The position numbers and the translations under genes were made by a program. Source: a virus (taxonomy: Duplodnaviria; Caudoviricetes). Taken from it: DNA of 64,000 nt. The stretch lies in IMG/VR virus record IMGVR_UViG_2654587515_000001, positions 1 through 64,000 of that record; one strand, 5' to 3'. This document shows, piece after piece, positions 63,500 to 64,000 of this stretch (positions are counted from its first letter, which is position 1; each line of letters begins with the position of its first letter). A model generated the notes under the pieces. The model saw nothing but the letters and a program-made list of their open reading frames with translations. It searched no databases and was not told the DNA's origin.

Positions 63500-64000
63500 A
63501 TGCTGTTAAATGAATTGCCTATCCACCTACTTTCTCTGCTGTCAGAGCACAAAAAAGCCACCGGTTACGAGCTAACCAAAATGATGAGCGAAAGCCGTCT
63601 GTGGCGTGCATCCCACCAGCAAATTTACCGTTCACTAAACAAGATGGCCGACGATGGCTTTTTGGTGTTCAAAGACGATCCACAAGAGGGCAAGCCAGAC
63701 CGTAAGGTCTATTCGCTGACCGCTGAAGGGATTGCCAAGTTCAACGAGGCGGTAGAGAGTGCCACCCCTTCAATCAAGTCATTACACAGCATTCGCACCA
63801 TCATGCTGAATGTAGGTAATCAGAAGTACTTTGAAGAGCTGCTGGAACAGCTGAGAGCTGCCATCGAGAAAACAGAGCAGCTGCTTGAAAAAACGGAAAA
63901 CCCGTCAGAACGAATCGCTATGCAGCGCGAGATTTACATCAACCGTGCTGAAGAAAGCTATTGCGTGGATGCCTTGGCATACCTGCAAGAATCCAAGCGC
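63500..64000 (+). CDS. AphA-like PadR-family transcription factor, 3' end runs off the window
   Basis: Absent from the ORF track; hand translation gives ATGYELTK...WRASHQQIYRSLNKMADDGFLVFKDDPQEGKPDRKVYSLTAEG vs Vibrio AphA ATGYDITK...WKASHQQVYRELNKM...EPQEGKPDRKVYSITQAG as recalled. Confidence 0.88.
   Translation, partial: MLLNELPIHLLSLLSEHKKATGYELTKMMSESRLWRASHQQIYRSLNKMADDGFLVFKDDPQEGKPDRKVYSLTAEGIAKFNEAVESATPSIKSLHSIRTIMLNVGNQKYFEELLEQLRAAIEKTEQLLEKTENPSERIAMQREIYINRAEESYCVDALAYLQESKR

Larger units (their letters stand above)
1..64000. mobile_element. P1-like phage-plasmid (Vibrio p0908/VCre type); window lies entirely inside it
   Basis: Cre+lox, RepA/iterons, ParA, P1-syntenic head, tail and Dar genes; no host housekeeping genes anywhere in the window. 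Confidence 0.95.

Noticed and set aside
1-64000. Terminase (pacA/pacB), pac site, holin/endolysin, C1 repressor, tRNA genes, IS elements, CRISPR-Cas
   Set aside because: None recognised in this window; packaging, lysis and immunity genes probably lie in the unshown remainder of the replicon, so absence is not claimed.

Overview
The whole window is one P1-like temperate phage-plasmid of a Vibrio host, a close relative of the p0908 element that gave VCre/VloxP. It contains a VCre recombinase with a 34-bp vlox site, and a P1-type plasmid replicon (DnaA box, AGATCCC repeats, five iterons, repA, downstream incA-like iterons) next to a parA/small-adaptor partition pair. A second, TrfA-type initiator has its own six-iteron origin. 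The contractile-tail virion gene set is largely syntenic with P1 (capsid, sheath, tube, baseplate, tape measure, portal, prohead protease). There is also a Dar antirestriction set (hdf, darA, ddrA-like, ddrB-like, 2349-aa darB, ulx-like), two solitary adenine methyltransferases, a RelE/ParE-type toxin-antitoxin pair, rdgC and a second tyrosine recombinase. The most striking feature is that the phage carries homologues of two Vibrio quorum-sensing regulators. One is a VqmA-like PAS-LuxR protein sitting directly upstream of a LexA-box-preceded HTH gene. The other is an AphA-like PadR protein preceded by a 25-bp palindrome that recurs on the other side of the integrase. Together these suggest a cell-density plus SOS lifestyle switch (inference). 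Unannotated signals found by eye: an eight-site late-promoter motif, a candidate +1 frameshift before the tape measure gene, a recurring hydrophobic-L-D-S/A motif in head proteins, and a split tail fibre. I did not recognise terminase, lysis genes or a C1-type repressor in this window. All homology calls are from recalled sequences and synteny, not from database searches.
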